64,000 nucleotides of DNA from Nitrospirota bacterium (GTDB lineage: Bacteria > Nitrospirota > Thermodesulfovibrionia > Thermodesulfovibrionales > UBA9159). A program made the position numbers and the translations under genes. The notes under the pieces were generated by a model. The model ran no database searches. It saw nothing but the letters and a program-made list of their open reading frames with translations, and was not told where the DNA came from. The stretch spans positions 97,140 through 161,139 of the forward strand of contig CAVOUE010000012.1 in the NCBI GenBank assembly GCA_963699545.1, written 5' to 3'. Positions 41,395 to 52,491 of the stretch are shown here, piece by piece; the first letter of the stretch is position 1, and each line of letters begins with the position of its first letter.

Positions 41395-42722
41395 TCATTC
41401 ACGTACGACTGCTTCTTGTGCAGTGAAGTGACGATAATCTTTTTTGCTGCCGGTTTTTGCGCCCGGGATTTTTTTGTCTTCAGTGATGCCTTTTTGACGG
41501 CGGCCCTGTCATCCCGGTCCAGGGCATATTTCTCTTTTGGCGGCAGGTAAATGATCTCGCCCGTCTTCAATGACTTCAGCCCTTTGTCGTCGTTGAGATC
41601 AAGGATCACATTGACGGGGATTCCCGTCCTGCCCGAGATCTTCTTGAGGGTATCGCCTTTCTTTGCGGTATACGCGGCGATGGAAAATCTCTCCTCATCA
41701 GGAACCTTCCCGAGGTTCTCCGTGAAGAGATCCTTCTTGCCGTGGGGTATCCTCAAAGTGTACGCAGAAACATTGGGAGGAGTGCTCCACCTCCGCAGTT
41801 CCGGATTCAGCTCGCGGATCACATCGGGCGTGGTCCCTGCACATCCGGCCGCAACGTCCAGATCAACGGGCTTCTCTACGACAACCTCATCGTACCTGAA
41901 AGGAGTATGGTACTCCTGGTCCACGAACCCGTAATTGTCAGGGTCGGTAGCGATCAGCTTTGCGGCGATGAATCGCGGCACATACTCCTTCGTTTCCTTC
42001 TTAATATACCGCGTGCTTAGCAGGTCCCAGTAATCATCGCTCTTTGACCTGTTCAGCGCCTTGAAGATCTTCCCCTCTCCTGCATTATAGGCAGCCATGG
42101 CAAGGTTCCACGAACCGAACATCTCATAGAGATCCTTGAGGTAATTTGCAGCGGCGTGGGTCGACTTCACCGGGTCCCTTCTCTCGTCCCTCCACCAGTC
42201 GATCTTCAGCCCATACCGCTTTCCGGTGGAGGCGATGAACTGCCACGGACCCACCGCCCTTGCCACTGAATATGCGTTAGGATTGAATCCGCTCTCAATG
42301 AAGGGCAGAAACGCTATATCCTCCGGCATGTTTTTCTCTTTCAAGATCGCTTTCATCAGTTCAAGGTATTTGCCGGAACGGAGAAGCCAGACCGAAAATC
42401 GTTCCCTTATCCTCTCCGCAAAGAGAGAGATATTCCTGTCTACAGCCTTTGCCGCCACAGGGTTTGAAGCATACGGGATAAGCGGGGTGTTCTCTTTCTC
42501 CAACACGGTCCGGGACGATTCTAACTGCGGGGTCTGCTGGATGTGCACATCAACAGCCTGCTGCTCGCCGGAAACCCTTGTCTGCTCCAGGGAAACATCC
42601 GGGGAAACCTGGACCTGCACTGCAAGCGCCGGCTGATTTCCGGGTGCCCTTTCAGCGGAGAAGAGAGAGGAAGGAGTAAGGATCAGCAGGAACAGGAGAC
42701 TAAAGTTCCGCAAAATAACCAT
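41391..42722 (-). CDS. Lytic murein transglycosylase (SLT + LysM), MltD-like
   Basis: [25 protein letters not shown] and KKGDTL. Confidence 0.9.
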   Translation of the reverse strand: MVILRNFSLLFLLILTPSSLFSAERAPGNQPALAVQVQVSPDVSLEQTRVSGEQQAVDVHIQQTPQLESSRTVLEKENTPLIPYASNPVAAKAVDRNISLFAERIRERFSVWLLRSGKYLELMKAILKEKNMPEDIAFLPFIESGFNPNAYSVARAVGPWQFIASTGKRYGLKIDWWRDERRDPVKSTHAAANYLKDLYEMFGSWNLAMAAYNAGEGKIFKALNRSKSDDYWDLLSTRYIKKETKEYVPRFIAAKLIATDPDNYGFVDQEYHTPFRYDEVVVEKPVDLDVAAGCAGTTPDVIRELNPELRRWSTPPNVSAYTLRIPHGKKDLFTENLGKVPDEERFSIAAYTAKKGDTLKKISGRTGIPVNVILDLNDDKGLKSLKTGEIIYLPPKEKYALDRDDRAAVKKASLKTKKSRAQKPAAKKIIVTSLHKKQSYVND

Positions 42723-42808
42723 ACGAGATATTTATACCCAATTACGGCTCTTTTGTCAAGAAATTTCCGCTGCTTTACAAATTTTCTCCCGAAATGTTAG
42801 ATTTTTTC

Positions 42809-43180
42809 ATGCGTTATGGCGAGCGTGCGGTCAAGAAGGCGAAGCTGGAGATATGGGACAACCCCCACGTCGGAAGGGATTATGAGGTCGACATAAGCTT
42901 TCCCGAGTTCACCTGTCTCTGTCCCCGTTCGGGGTACCCCGACTTCGCCACCATCCGGATACGCTACGTGCCTGAACGGAAGATCGTGGAACTGAGATCC
43001 CTGAAGCTCTATCTCAATTCCTTCCGGGATGTCTCAGTATCCCACGAAGATGTGACAAACAGGATATATTCGGAACTGGAGAGGAAACTGAGGCCGAAAT
43101 TCCTCGAAGTGACGGGGGACTTCAACCCCCGGGGAAATGTGAAGACCGTCGTAAGGGTCTCTTCTCAGGGCAGCCCTTAA
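42809..43180 (+). CDS. queF: preQ1 synthase (7-cyano-7-deazaguanine reductase)
   Basis: [24 protein letters not shown] and PRGNV. Confidence 0.95.
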   Translation: MRYGERAVKKAKLEIWDNPHVGRDYEVDISFPEFTCLCPRSGYPDFATIRIRYVPERKIVELRSLKLYLNSFRDVSVSHEDVTNRIYSELERKLRPKFLEVTGDFNPRGNVKTVVRVSSQGSP

Positions 43181-43281
43181 GTCCCTCATCCTCTCACCAG
43201 CATACCACCCTATCATTTTCGCTCACCCCCCCGGCATCCCGCCAGTTCCGTATTTCGGTGAGTATGTGGTAATATTTTTGT

Positions 43282-45141
43282 ATGGTAAAGGACTTTATGC
43301 TCCACGGAAGCATCGGTCCCTTCGAGTACTTCGTTTTTGTGGCCGGAGCTAACGTCAGCAACACCTACTTTTACGAAGAAGCCGGCCCAAACATGCGGTT
43401 TTTCTCAAGAGGAAATGAGATCACGCTGTCCCCTGAAGGTGTTCATTACACAGGCACGGGGGGGAGTTTCTGCGAATACATGTTCGGCGTTGAAAAGCCC
43501 CTCAAGGACCTCATAAAAAAGGAGGTCCTCAATCGTCTTGTCATGTTCGGAGCTTTTCTCGATAAAACGGAAAGGCTCGTCTTCACCAATGATACCGCCG
43601 GTTCAGATGCGTTCCACAGGCTTTTCCTCCTTGGCCACACCGTAAAGAACTACTATTTTTTCGTTTCCTCTGACGATAAGAGCGAACCAAGGAAGCGGCA
43701 GCGGCAGATATTGCGGTCTGCGGGGAAGTTCCTTAAGAGAACCGATTTGATCGCTGAAGACAGGGATGCGGAACTGGTGAACGGGCTTGTGAAGGAACTG
43801 GACGAACCCCGTTCCACGGTCTTCGTTTTTAAGCTTGTTCATTCCGAGAACCTGGAATATTACCGGGAATTCCAGGCCCTCTATGGAGAGAAGCGTATGC
43901 TGTTGCCGGACGAAGAGGCCCGCCTGAATGCGGTCGCCATGAAATATCATATTGACGACTACCAGCAGGAAAGGATGAAGATCGACAGTATGTACCGCCA
44001 CAGCGAGAACAAGGGTATTGTGGATGAATACCGGGATATCCTTCTTGATATCGCGGACAAGGAGACTGCGGAGCACTCGGAAGTGGCGAAACTCCACCGG
44101 CTGAGAACGCTGAGCATAAGGAACAACATCCCGGGCATTCTCTTCGATACGCTCGATGAACTCCTCCTCAAGGACAAAGATGTGACTACCCTGGACGAAC
44201 CCGATTACCTCAAGGAAGCGCGGGCGATCCTGGAGAACCTCTTTTTCAAATCTCCTTCTCTCAAGAGGCATATTATCAGAGAGGACATCGCAAAACTGAT
44301 CATGGCAAAGCACGTGGCCCATTCACACAGCGACATGGGATTTGAGCGGGTACTCCTCGATATCGGCACGGCGTGCGATGAGTTCGCGAGAAAGAACAAC
44401 GACTTCAGCATCTTTGAGGAACTCAGCTCCATTATCACGTACTTTGACCGCTACGATAACATCCACACCGCACTGAGCAGGATCGCATTCATGGAACATC
44501 TTGCTCTGACCGAGAACTCCCTGAGGAGCCTTGTGGGCAACAAAAAGGAATTTGACGCGCTGGACAGGAACCTCTTCAAGGATATCTTCGTCAAGGAACT
44601 CCTGGCAAATAAGTACATCACCGCCTTCGGAAAGAAACGTATTAAAGTGCTCAGCGAAGGCATCGGAAAGGTGCTGAGGGGCGACTCCTCCCTGAGGGAT
44701 CTGGTTTTCGAGCTTCAGAAGATCAGTGAAGAAGAGCAGGCGTACAAATATATCCGCTCCGCTCTGAAGGAAAGAATTCGTGAGCTCTATCCCTCGCTGA
44801 ATGTCAAGGAAGAGATAACAAGGATCCGCAAGGAGATCGATGCCGAACTTATCAGGGAAGGGATCGCGGAGGTCCGGGAAACTCTCTTTGACAGGGTCCT
44901 CCTTGATCTCAAGAAGGAATCGTACTACATCGGTCATCTCCTGCCCGTCATCCTCAGGGACAAGGACCTCGCTCTCCGGGAGGACTTCCTGAACAACAGC
45001 GGGCTGGACCGTTTCTACATCGAGGGTCTTGAGAAGGACTACCTCAAGGACAACGGATTCAGTTCCGTCATTCTCGAGTCGGTGCGGGAAGGCCAGTTTT
45101 CAGGGGCTGGAGGCGCCGAGCGGATTCGAACCGCTGCATAA
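43282..45141 (+). CDS. Conserved hypothetical protein (TIGR04442-like)
   Basis: 619 aa; GGSFCEYMFG, YQQERMKID and SGLDRFYIE; family name recalled from memory. Confidence 0.7.
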   Translation: MVKDFMLHGSIGPFEYFVFVAGANVSNTYFYEEAGPNMRFFSRGNEITLSPEGVHYTGTGGSFCEYMFGVEKPLKDLIKKEVLNRLVMFGAFLDKTERLVFTNDTAGSDAFHRLFLLGHTVKNYYFFVSSDDKSEPRKRQRQILRSAGKFLKRTDLIAEDRDAELVNGLVKELDEPRSTVFVFKLVHSENLEYYREFQALYGEKRMLLPDEEARLNAVAMKYHIDDYQQERMKIDSMYRHSENKGIVDEYRDILLDIADKETAEHSEVAKLHRLRTLSIRNNIPGILFDTLDELLLKDKDVTTLDEPDYLKEARAILENLFFKSPSLKRHIIREDIAKLIMAKHVAHSHSDMGFERVLLDIGTACDEFARKNNDFSIFEELSSIITYFDRYDNIHTALSRIAFMEHLALTENSLRSLVGNKKEFDALDRNLFKDIFVKELLANKYITAFGKKRIKVLSEGIGKVLRGDSSLRDLVFELQKISEEEQAYKYIRSALKERIRELYPSLNVKEEITRIRKEIDAELIREGIAEVRETLFDRVLLDLKKESYYIGHLLPVILRDKDLALREDFLNNSGLDRFYIEGLEKDYLKDNGFSSVILESVREGQFSGAGGAERIRTAA

Positions 45142-45183
45142 AGGTTTTGCAGACCTCTCCCTTAGCCACTTGGGTACGGCGCC
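45108..45183 (-). tRNA. tRNA-Cys(GCA)
   Basis: GGCGCCGTACCCAAGTGG...CT-GCA-AA...GTTCGAATCC...TCCA. Confidence 0.95.
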
Positions 45184-45275
45184 GTCTTTATAGTTCCCTG
45201 TTCCTCATTCGGAGCTCGAAGTAAAAAAATCCGCAGACGCCGAACTCAGATATCCGAACTTCTGACTGCATTTTA

Positions 45276-45350
45276 TGGAGCGGGCGACGGGATTCGAACC
45301 CGCGACCCCAACCTTGGCAAGGTTGTGCTCTACCACTGAGCTACACCCGC
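45276..45350 (-). tRNA. tRNA-Gly(GCC)
   Basis: GCGGGTGTAGCTCAGTGGTAGAGC...TT-GCC-AA...TCCA. Confidence 0.96.
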
Positions 45351-45430
45351 ATTGTTTTTACTCTTGTCGCCAACCTGTGATATAATGAGCGGATATTGAA
45401 TAGTAAAGAAAAATAAACGGGTTTGTCAAT

Positions 45431-46909
45431 ATGGTACATCCTGACCTGAACGGATTCAAAGCCTTATCTGCACGGGGAAACCTCATCCCCGTTTATCGGG
45501 AAATTCTCGCGGACATGGACACCCCTGTTTCAGCATTTCTTAAACTGGGGGGGTCGCCTTCTTTTCTCCTGGAGAGCGTTGAGGGAGGAGAGAAATGGGC
45601 ACGGTACTCCTTCCTCGGCTCAAATCCGTCGAAGGTAATAAGGGGATGGGGAAGAAAGGTGGAGATAAGAGAAAAGGGAAAGAAGCCTTCCGTATTTGAG
45701 TCAGATGACCCCGTTGAGGTGCTGAAAAAGGAGCTGTCTTTCTACGTGGCTGTCGACGTTGAAGGTCTTCCGAGATTTTCAGGGGGAATGGTCGGATACC
45801 TCGGCTATGACATGGTAAAGTTCTTTGAAAAGATCCCTGACAGGCACGCCCCGGGTCTCGACCTTCCGGACATGTTCTTCATGCTCGCTGACACTATGCT
45901 CATATTTGACAGCCTCAAACAAAAGATGAAGATTGTCTCGAATGTCCATATCGATGGTAAGAGCCCCGTGAAGGCATACAGGGAGGCAGTTAAGAGGATC
46001 GACGGCATCACCGCCAAATTGAAAAGCGCAAGGCTCAGAACCAGGAAGCAGGTCAAGACGAAGACGAGCAGCAAGTTCTTGTCGAGCTTCAAAAGCAAAG
46101 AGGCCTTTGAGGAGGCGGTAATCAGGTCAAAGGAATACATCGCCGCAGGCGACGTATTCCAGGTAGTGCTCTCCCAGAGGTTCGAAAGGAAGTCCGGCGT
46201 CGAGCCGCTGGATGTCTACAGGGCTTTGCGTGTGATAAACCCATCTCCCTACATGTACTTCATTAATATGGGAGATGCGGAGATTGTCGGCTCATCCCCC
46301 GAAATTCTCGTAAGGCTTGAGGATGATAAGGTTGTCGTAAGGCCAATCGCCGGCACAAGGAAACGGGGTGCAACAGAGGCGGAAGATAAGGCGTTCGAAG
46401 AAGAGCTCAGGCAGGACTCGAAAGAGATCGCAGAACATATAATGCTCGTTGACCTTGGAAGGAATGACGTGGGAAGGGTTTCCGAGAAAGGCTCTGTGAG
46501 GGTCGACGAGCTTATGGCGGTGGAGAGGTACAGCCACGTAATGCATATGGTATCGAATGTTCAGGGGAACCTGGAGAGGGGGCTTGATGCGTTTGATGTC
46601 CTGAGGGCGTGTTTCCCTGCCGGCACGGTAACAGGCGCCCCGAAAGTCAGGGCCATGGAGATCATAGAGGAGCTTGAGCCCACGAAGAGAGGGCCTTATG
46701 CAGGTTCGGTGGGGTATTTCAGTTATTCGGGCAGCATGGATACGTGCATAACCATAAGAACGCTAATAATAAAAGACGGAAGGGTTTACGTCCAGGCCGG
46801 TGCCGGACTTGTCGCCGATTCTGTGCCTGAAAGGGAATACGCGGAAACAATGAACAAGGCAATGGGAATGATGAAAGCGGTGGACATGGCGGAGAAGGGA
46901 TTTGAATGA
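45431..46909 (+). CDS. trpE: Anthranilate synthase component I
   Basis: LLES, NPSPYM, PIAGT, EHIMLVDLGRND and GAPKVRAM. Confidence 0.95.
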   Translation: MVHPDLNGFKALSARGNLIPVYREILADMDTPVSAFLKLGGSPSFLLESVEGGEKWARYSFLGSNPSKVIRGWGRKVEIREKGKKPSVFESDDPVEVLKKELSFYVAVDVEGLPRFSGGMVGYLGYDMVKFFEKIPDRHAPGLDLPDMFFMLADTMLIFDSLKQKMKIVSNVHIDGKSPVKAYREAVKRIDGITAKLKSARLRTRKQVKTKTSSKFLSSFKSKEAFEEAVIRSKEYIAAGDVFQVVLSQRFERKSGVEPLDVYRALRVINPSPYMYFINMGDAEIVGSSPEILVRLEDDKVVVRPIAGTRKRGATEAEDKAFEEELRQDSKEIAEHIMLVDLGRNDVGRVSEKGSVRVDELMAVERYSHVMHMVSNVQGNLERGLDAFDVLRACFPAGTVTGAPKVRAMEIIEELEPTKRGPYAGSVGYFSYSGSMDTCITIRTLIIKDGRVYVQAGAGLVADSVPEREYAETMNKAMGMMKAVDMAEKGFE

Positions 46910-46934
46910 CAGGGATTGAGGAGAGCCTGCAAAG

Positions 46935-47504
46935 ATGCTCTTAATGATCGACAATTACGATTCCTTTACGTACAACCTCGTCCAGCATCTCGGTGAGCTG
47001 GGCGAAGACATCAGGGTCTTCAGGAATGACAAGATCACGGTGCGGGAGATCGAAGAGATGAACCCGGGACGGATCGTGATATCACCCGGTCCCTGCACGC
47101 CAAAGGAAGCGGGCATCTCTATCGAGACGATACAGCATTTTGCCGGAAAGATCCCGCTCCTGGGGGTCTGTCTCGGACATCAGGCCATCGGGGCGGCCTT
47201 CGGGGGGGAGATCATCCGGGCGCCGCGGCTCATGCACGGGAAGACGTCAACCATACACCATGACGGCCGCGCCCTTTTCCAGGGATTGCCTAACCCCTTT
47301 GAGGCGACGAGGTACCACTCCCTTCTCATAAGAAAAGATACCCTTCCCGAGTGCCTCGAGATCACTGCGTGGACGGACAGGGACGAGATCATGGGCGTCA
47401 GGCATAGAGAATTCACCGTCGAGGGAGTCCAGTTTCATCCCGAGTCCATTCTTACCACCGTAGGCAAAGACCTGCTGAGGAACTTCCTGAATCTGGGGAA
47501 GTGA
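46935..47504 (+). CDS. trpG: Anthranilate/aminodeoxychorismate synthase component II
   Basis: IDNYDSF, GVCLGHQ and QFHPES. Confidence 0.92.
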   Translation: MLLMIDNYDSFTYNLVQHLGELGEDIRVFRNDKITVREIEEMNPGRIVISPGPCTPKEAGISIETIQHFAGKIPLLGVCLGHQAIGAAFGGEIIRAPRLMHGKTSTIHHDGRALFQGLPNPFEATRYHSLLIRKDTLPECLEITAWTDRDEIMGVRHREFTVEGVQFHPESILTTVGKDLLRNFLNLGK

Positions 47505-48517
47505 CGATGATAAAAGAAGCACTCCATATTCTTGTTCAGGGCATTCACCTTTCCGAAGCGGAGATGGCGGAATGCATGAAAGAGATCATGGAGGGAAAGG
47601 CGGCCGAATCACAGATCGGGGCATTCCTCACGGCCCTTCGCATCAAGGGGGAAACCGTTGAGGAGATCACGGGGGCCGCACGGATCATGAGGGAGAAAGT
47701 CGCCGCGATAAAGGCGCCCGAGGGGGTCCTTGATACCTGCGGCACCGGCGGCGACATGTCCCATACCTTCAATATCTCCACAGCGGCTGCCATCATCGTG
47801 GCAGCTGCCGGCGTCCCTGTGGCGAAACACGGGAACCGTTCCGTGTCGAGCCGTTCGGGAAGTGCAGATGTACTGGAGGCCCTGGGGGTGAAGATCGACC
47901 TGCCCCCCGAGAAGGTCGAGAAGTGCCTGTTCGCAACCGGCTTTGGGTTTCTCTTCGCACCCCTTTTCCACCCTGCCATGAAATATGCAGTAGGTCCAAG
48001 AAAAGAGATCGGGATAAGGACGATATTCAATATCCTCGGTCCCCTGACCAATCCGGCGGGCGCAAAGCTGCAGATCCTTGGAGTATTTGCAGACAGGCTC
48101 ACCGAGCCCCTCGCAAAGGTCCTCGGCAACCTCGGGTCCAGGGACATCATGGTGGTGCACGGAGAAGATGGGCTTGACGAGATCACTATCTCTGACGGCA
48201 CGAGGGTCTCGAGATGGAGAAGGACGGAAGTAGAGACGTTCTATATCACTCCCGAAGACTTCGGCGTCGGCAGGTCCGGTGTTGGGAGCCTGGTGGGGGG
48301 TGACAAGGAAGAAAATGCGGCGATACTCCTCTCACTGTTGGGCGGTGAACGGGGTCCCAAGAGGGACGTGGTACTCATGAACTCGGCAGCGGCTCTGGTG
48401 CTGGCAGGCAAGGCTGACGGCTTCAGGGACGGCATGCTCATCGCAGCCGACACCATAGATTCCGGCGCTTCCCGGAAAAAGCTGCAAGAGATAATTAAGA
48501 TCTCGAATTCCGTTTAG
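47501..48517 (+). CDS. trpD: Anthranilate phosphoribosyltransferase
   Basis: [17 protein letters not shown] and DGLDE. Confidence 0.96.
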   Translation: MTMIKEALHILVQGIHLSEAEMAECMKEIMEGKAAESQIGAFLTALRIKGETVEEITGAARIMREKVAAIKAPEGVLDTCGTGGDMSHTFNISTAAAIIVAAAGVPVAKHGNRSVSSRSGSADVLEALGVKIDLPPEKVEKCLFATGFGFLFAPLFHPAMKYAVGPRKEIGIRTIFNILGPLTNPAGAKLQILGVFADRLTEPLAKVLGNLGSRDIMVVHGEDGLDEITISDGTRVSRWRRTEVETFYITPEDFGVGRSGVGSLVGGDKEENAAILLSLLGGERGPKRDVVLMNSAAALVLAGKADGFRDGMLIAADTIDSGASRKKLQEIIKISNSV

Positions 48518-48553
48518 CACCCTTTGCTGGAGCGGGGAAGGGGACGTTCATGA

Positions 48554-49045
48554 TTGATAGGAACGATAATGGCAAAGGTCCCCCATCATAATAGGTTCCA
48601 AAAGGCCCGCGGGCAGCCCGGTGTCAGATCCACCATTCCCTCCGATGGTGATCTCGAAAGGGCCTCACGATTACGGGAAGTCTTGGAGGCGCTTTACGAG
48701 ATCAACAAAAGGGTCCCTGTGATCGTCGAGGGCAAGAGAGACGCCGCGGCACTGAGGAAGCTCGGCCTCATGGGAGATGTCATCACCCTCCACAGGGGAG
48801 TGAGCCTGTATGACTTCTGTGAGGAAATATCCGAAAGCTACGAAAAAGTGGTCATACTCCTTGACTGGGACAACAAGGGGGATAGTCTGAACAAGGAACT
48901 GAACAGGCACCTGAAGGGCCTCTGGGAGGAATTTTCAGCATTCAGGGAGATATTCAAGATCCTCTGCCAGAAAGATATCAAGGATATCGAGGGGATCCCG
49001 AAGCTGCTCAAGAAGCTTGAAGGCGATGAGACTGCTGGGCATTAA
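48554..49045 (+). CDS. Small Toprim-domain protein
   Basis: IVEGKRD and LLDWD motifs. Confidence 0.82.
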   Translation: MIGTIMAKVPHHNRFQKARGQPGVRSTIPSDGDLERASRLREVLEALYEINKRVPVIVEGKRDAAALRKLGLMGDVITLHRGVSLYDFCEEISESYEKVVILLDWDNKGDSLNKELNRHLKGLWEEFSAFREIFKILCQKDIKDIEGIPKLLKKLEGDETAGH

Positions 49046-49370
49046 GGGCGAAGACCTTGCGGTAAAGTTCCTGAAGAAGAAGGGATACAGGATACTTTCG
49101 CGAAACTACACGACCCCCTTTGGAGAGATCGATATCGTGGCGGAGGATGGTGAGACCCTCGTGTTCGTGGAGGTGAAGACGCGGGCTGACAATTCCTTCG
49201 GGCAGCCGTTCGAAGCCGTGAACTACAGGAAGAGGGAAAAACTCAAGAAGGTCGCGCTGTACTACCTCAAGAACTGCTGCAAGAGAGATCTGCCCTCACG
49301 GTTCGATGTCCTGAGCATCCAGACAGGCACCAGGAGCGAGATAGAACATATCATTGATGCCTTTGAGTGA
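49026..49370 (+). CDS. YraN-family putative endonuclease
   Basis: GEDLA, GEIDIV, FVEVKTR and RFDV. Confidence 0.9.
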   Translation: MRLLGIKGEDLAVKFLKKKGYRILSRNYTTPFGEIDIVAEDGETLVFVEVKTRADNSFGQPFEAVNYRKREKLKKVALYYLKNCCKRDLPSRFDVLSIQTGTRSEIEHIIDAFE

Positions 49371-49540
49371 AAACTGGTATGCGTCCCGCCTCGTTCTTCT
49401 GTCCTCGCCTGACCGTCTGTTCGCTATCCGTCCAGCGGACAGCATACAGCCGCATGGACGTTCTCCAAAAACTTTCTGCTTTCCCAGCAAAAAAGCAGGG
49501 ACCTTCTCCATATCTCCCTGCTTTTCCGCACCTGCGTTTC

Positions 49541-50020
49541 TTACGTCACTGTCACATCAAGGCTGCCTTCCCAGTATCCGTGGAGATTGCAGCGCTGGTG
49601 AGCGATGAGCGTGACCTTACCGGAGGGAGCAGATTCTTTTGTCAGGACGACAGTAAATGTCGCTTTTGGATTCACATATCCCTTGGGTTGAAAATCGATC
49701 CTGCCGGCAGGCTCGTTGCCTATATTCAGCTCGATAAACTCGATCCAGTGCGCCGGTCCCATCGAGTGAACTACCTCTCCGACGCTTACTTCAACAGAAA
49801 AAGGTTCGCCGGCCTTTACCGTTTTCGGTGCGGTGACAACAGGGCCATGTGACTTCTCCAGCGGGGTTTTATTCGCGGGATCCTTGACCCTGTTGATCGT
49901 TTCGAAGAGGCTTTGATCCGCCTTCACAGGAAAATATTTTTCAGCGGCAAACGTTTCCTTTGCCATGCCGACTGCTGCCGCTCCTATGGCCGCGCTTTTC
50001 AAGAAAGTCCTTCTGTCCAT
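49541..50020 (-). CDS. Tat-exported superoxide reductase (neelaredoxin-like)
   Basis: DRRTFLK signal; EKSHGP, HSMGPAHWI and CNLHG iron ligands. Confidence 0.85.
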   Translation of the reverse strand: MDRRTFLKSAAIGAAAVGMAKETFAAEKYFPVKADQSLFETINRVKDPANKTPLEKSHGPVVTAPKTVKAGEPFSVEVSVGEVVHSMGPAHWIEFIELNIGNEPAGRIDFQPKGYVNPKATFTVVLTKESAPSGKVTLIAHQRCNLHGYWEGSLDVTVT

Positions 50021-50201
50021 ACTTCCTCCTCTCTTCCTGGCAGATTATGTAAAGCAAGCAGTATCTCCTGCTGAGAGTTCAACTGCCGATACCTATAACT
50101 CTTTTATCATATAATCGTTAACTTGGCAAGTGAGTTGTGCGTTTTTTCGATACCTGATAGACTATCGCTAAAGGTCCATTGGGCAGACGGAATTACCCAC
50201 T

Positions 50202-50654
50202 ATGCCGACATTCGTTGTTCATGAACATCATGCCACGCGCCTCCACTTCGATTTCAGACTGGAGATGGAGGGTGTGCTGAAGTCATGGGCCGTGCCGAAG
50301 GGGCCGTCCATGAACCCGAAAGACAAGCGGCTCGCCATCATGGTGGATGACCACGCCCTTGAATATGGTTCTTATGAGGGGATCATTCCCCAGGGCAGCT
50401 ATGGCGCCGGCGCTGTGGTGATATGGGACAAGGGCGACTTTGAACTGCTTCGGGGGAATGTGAGGGAAGGCAGGATCGAACTTCTCTTGAAAGGGAAGAA
50501 GCTGAAGGGGGCCTTTGCGCTGGCAAGGATGTCCGGCAAAAAAAAGGAATGGCTGCTGATAAAGAAGAGGGATGAGTTCGCTGAGGACGACTTTGAGATG
50601 AAGACTGTCCTCACCGCTGCCTTGTTGAAGAAGCTGAAGACTAAAGTCCCCTGA
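50202..50654 (+). CDS. Stand-alone LigD 3'-phosphoesterase domain protein
   Basis: HHATRLHFDFRLE, SWAVPKGPS, DH and YGAG motifs. Confidence 0.92.
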   Translation: MPTFVVHEHHATRLHFDFRLEMEGVLKSWAVPKGPSMNPKDKRLAIMVDDHALEYGSYEGIIPQGSYGAGAVVIWDKGDFELLRGNVREGRIELLLKGKKLKGAFALARMSGKKKEWLLIKKRDEFAEDDFEMKTVLTAALLKKLKTKVP

Positions 50655-50835
50655 CAATATAGTCTACGAGCAATAGCCCGTCCGAATTGACAGACGCTAT
50701 CGAGTGGGTGTAGAGTCTAAAAAAGTATTCCCAAAGGGATTCTCGTCACTTTGGAGGGGATGAGTGAGAATTCGATTAAACCGCAGTGAGCAAGCGCCCA
50801 CGGTTTCCGCGAAATTATTCTTTCCGCATGGGTCA

Positions 50836-50884
50836 TTGACTATCTCTGAAAGCTGTGTCATAGTAGCTATAAATGTAGCTACAT
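50836..50884 (+). promoter_or_regulatory. TA operon promoter with tandem operator palindromes
   Basis: TTGACT-17nt-CATAGT; GTAGCTA twice, including the perfect palindrome ATGTAGCTACAT. Confidence 0.65.
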
Positions 50885-50896
50885 GGAGGTGAGTCA

Positions 50897-51160
50897 ATGA
50901 AGTTTGCCAACGTCAGAGAATTAAAAAACAAGACTTCGGAGATTTTGAGAAAGGCGGAAAAAGAAGCCGTAATCATTACGTCTAAAGGCAAACCAAGGGC
51001 CCTAGTGACCGCTATCTCAGAGGAGGATTTCGAAGACTATTTGCTCGAAACAGGCTCCGGGCTTCAGAACGCGCTTGCCGAGGCCCTGGCTGAATATCAT
51101 ACCAAAGGCGGTGTCCCGCTTGACGCTTATCTTGCAAAAAGGAAAAAGAGGCGTGGATAA
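50897..51160 (+). CDS. Phd/YefM-family antitoxin
   Basis: VRELKNKTSEIL...VIITSKGKP. Confidence 0.88.
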   Translation: MKFANVRELKNKTSEILRKAEKEAVIITSKGKPRALVTAISEEDFEDYLLETGSGLQNALAEALAEYHTKGGVPLDAYLAKRKKRRG

Positions 51161-51434
51161 GTTCGAGGTTATCCTGTCGCCGCAGGCAACAAGAGATATG
51201 GATGACTTTAGCTATGCAGTATGCATGAAAATAGCTGGGGCGCTTAAGACGCTCTCCGAAAGCCCTTTTCCGAGAGGCAAGCTGATAAAGAAGCTCAAAG
51301 GAAAGAAAGCCGATTTCTATAGACTCAGGGCGGATAAGTACAGGGTGTTTTATGTCATTGAATCCGGCAGAGTGGCAGTTCTGAGGGTCTTGAGCAAAAA
51401 GGACGCTGAACGGTTTATCCGCGGACTGAATTGA
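51153..51434 (+). CDS. RelE/ParE-family toxin
   Basis: GTG start overlapping the antitoxin; YRLRADKYRVFY. Confidence 0.88.
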   Translation: MDKFEVILSPQATRDMDDFSYAVCMKIAGALKTLSESPFPRGKLIKKLKGKKADFYRLRADKYRVFYVIESGRVAVLRVLSKKDAERFIRGLN

Positions 51435-51561
51435 AAAGCGGTCGCAGCACGAAGGGACTGTCCCCCGGTATAGAACCATTTTATCTTCATAAGGGCAGGA
51501 TTTTCTTTTCTGCGTCAGTGGAGGAATGAGGCCCCACTTATTCTCCCTTCAATAAGCTATT

Positions 51562-52491
51562 TCAGATATGTTTATGTCCTCCATTTGACTTTGCCTTTTC
51601 TGATGTAGGTTTCATAAAATTCATAATGTTTTGGTGATGATGGTTGATTTTGTAGGCGTAAGGATAACCAAATGGATATAGAGGTTTAACTGTTTGCAGT
51701 AAAACCGTTGTGCCGCAAAATATAAACCCGATTTCTTGCATGGTGCGAACCACATCAGCTTGAACGCAGACTTCAACCCTGTTGACAGTGAAATCACTAA
51801 TGATAATGGAGCAGTATTTGCCTTCGCGAAGTTTGCAAAAAGCTTTTGACAGGATGCCTTTCAACGCCGAGACGAAATCAGCGTACTCGTCAAAATTCCC
51901 CAAGTCATTGTCGTGGTCGGTATAGTATTGCACGCCATCCCTTGCGCTCATTCGGTAGGCTTTCCCATTGTTGTGGCGCGTGCCTTTAGAGCTATTCCGC
52001 AAAATGTTGTGGTATGGCGGCGAGGTAACGATGTAATCTACTGATTCGAGTGCTTCGAGTTTCTTATTTGCATCACCCACAATGTAGCGATAATCAGACA
52101 AGCCTTTAGCCTCTAGACGCTCATCAGCAAATTTCTTGTACTCCGAATTAAGGTCAATTCCGATAGCACGCCTGCCGAGTTTATTGGCAGCAAGTAAAGT
52201 CGTGCCACTCCCTACAAATGGATCAAGAACTGTCATGCCCTTCTTTGTAAAAAGGCTAATCAGTTTCTCTATGTCACGCACCATAAAGGGGGCTGGGTGC
52301 GCATAAGCCGACTTATCGTCTGCCGTCGGCTCGGAAAACCAAAAACTGGCCGTAAGAAGTAGCCAGTCCTTACCCGTTAAGTCATTGAGTGTGTTACGTT
52401 CGTCGTAACGTCCGGGCTTGCCTTCCTCGGAAAGCGGTTTTCTAGGTCGTTTCTTTTTGATTGGCTTTTCTAAAATTGGAACGCTTCTCAT
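51562..52491 (-). CDS. DNA amino-methyltransferase (SPPY, probably m4C)
   Basis: HPAPF, VLDPFVGSGTT and VTSPPY. Confidence 0.9.
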   Translation of the reverse strand: MRSVPILEKPIKKKRPRKPLSEEGKPGRYDERNTLNDLTGKDWLLLTASFWFSEPTADDKSAYAHPAPFMVRDIEKLISLFTKKGMTVLDPFVGSGTTLLAANKLGRRAIGIDLNSEYKKFADERLEAKGLSDYRYIVGDANKKLEALESVDYIVTSPPYHNILRNSSKGTRHNNGKAYRMSARDGVQYYTDHDNDLGNFDEYADFVSALKGILSKAFCKLREGKYCSIIISDFTVNRVEVCVQADVVRTMQEIGFIFCGTTVLLQTVKPLYPFGYPYAYKINHHHQNIMNFMKPTSEKAKSNGGHKHI

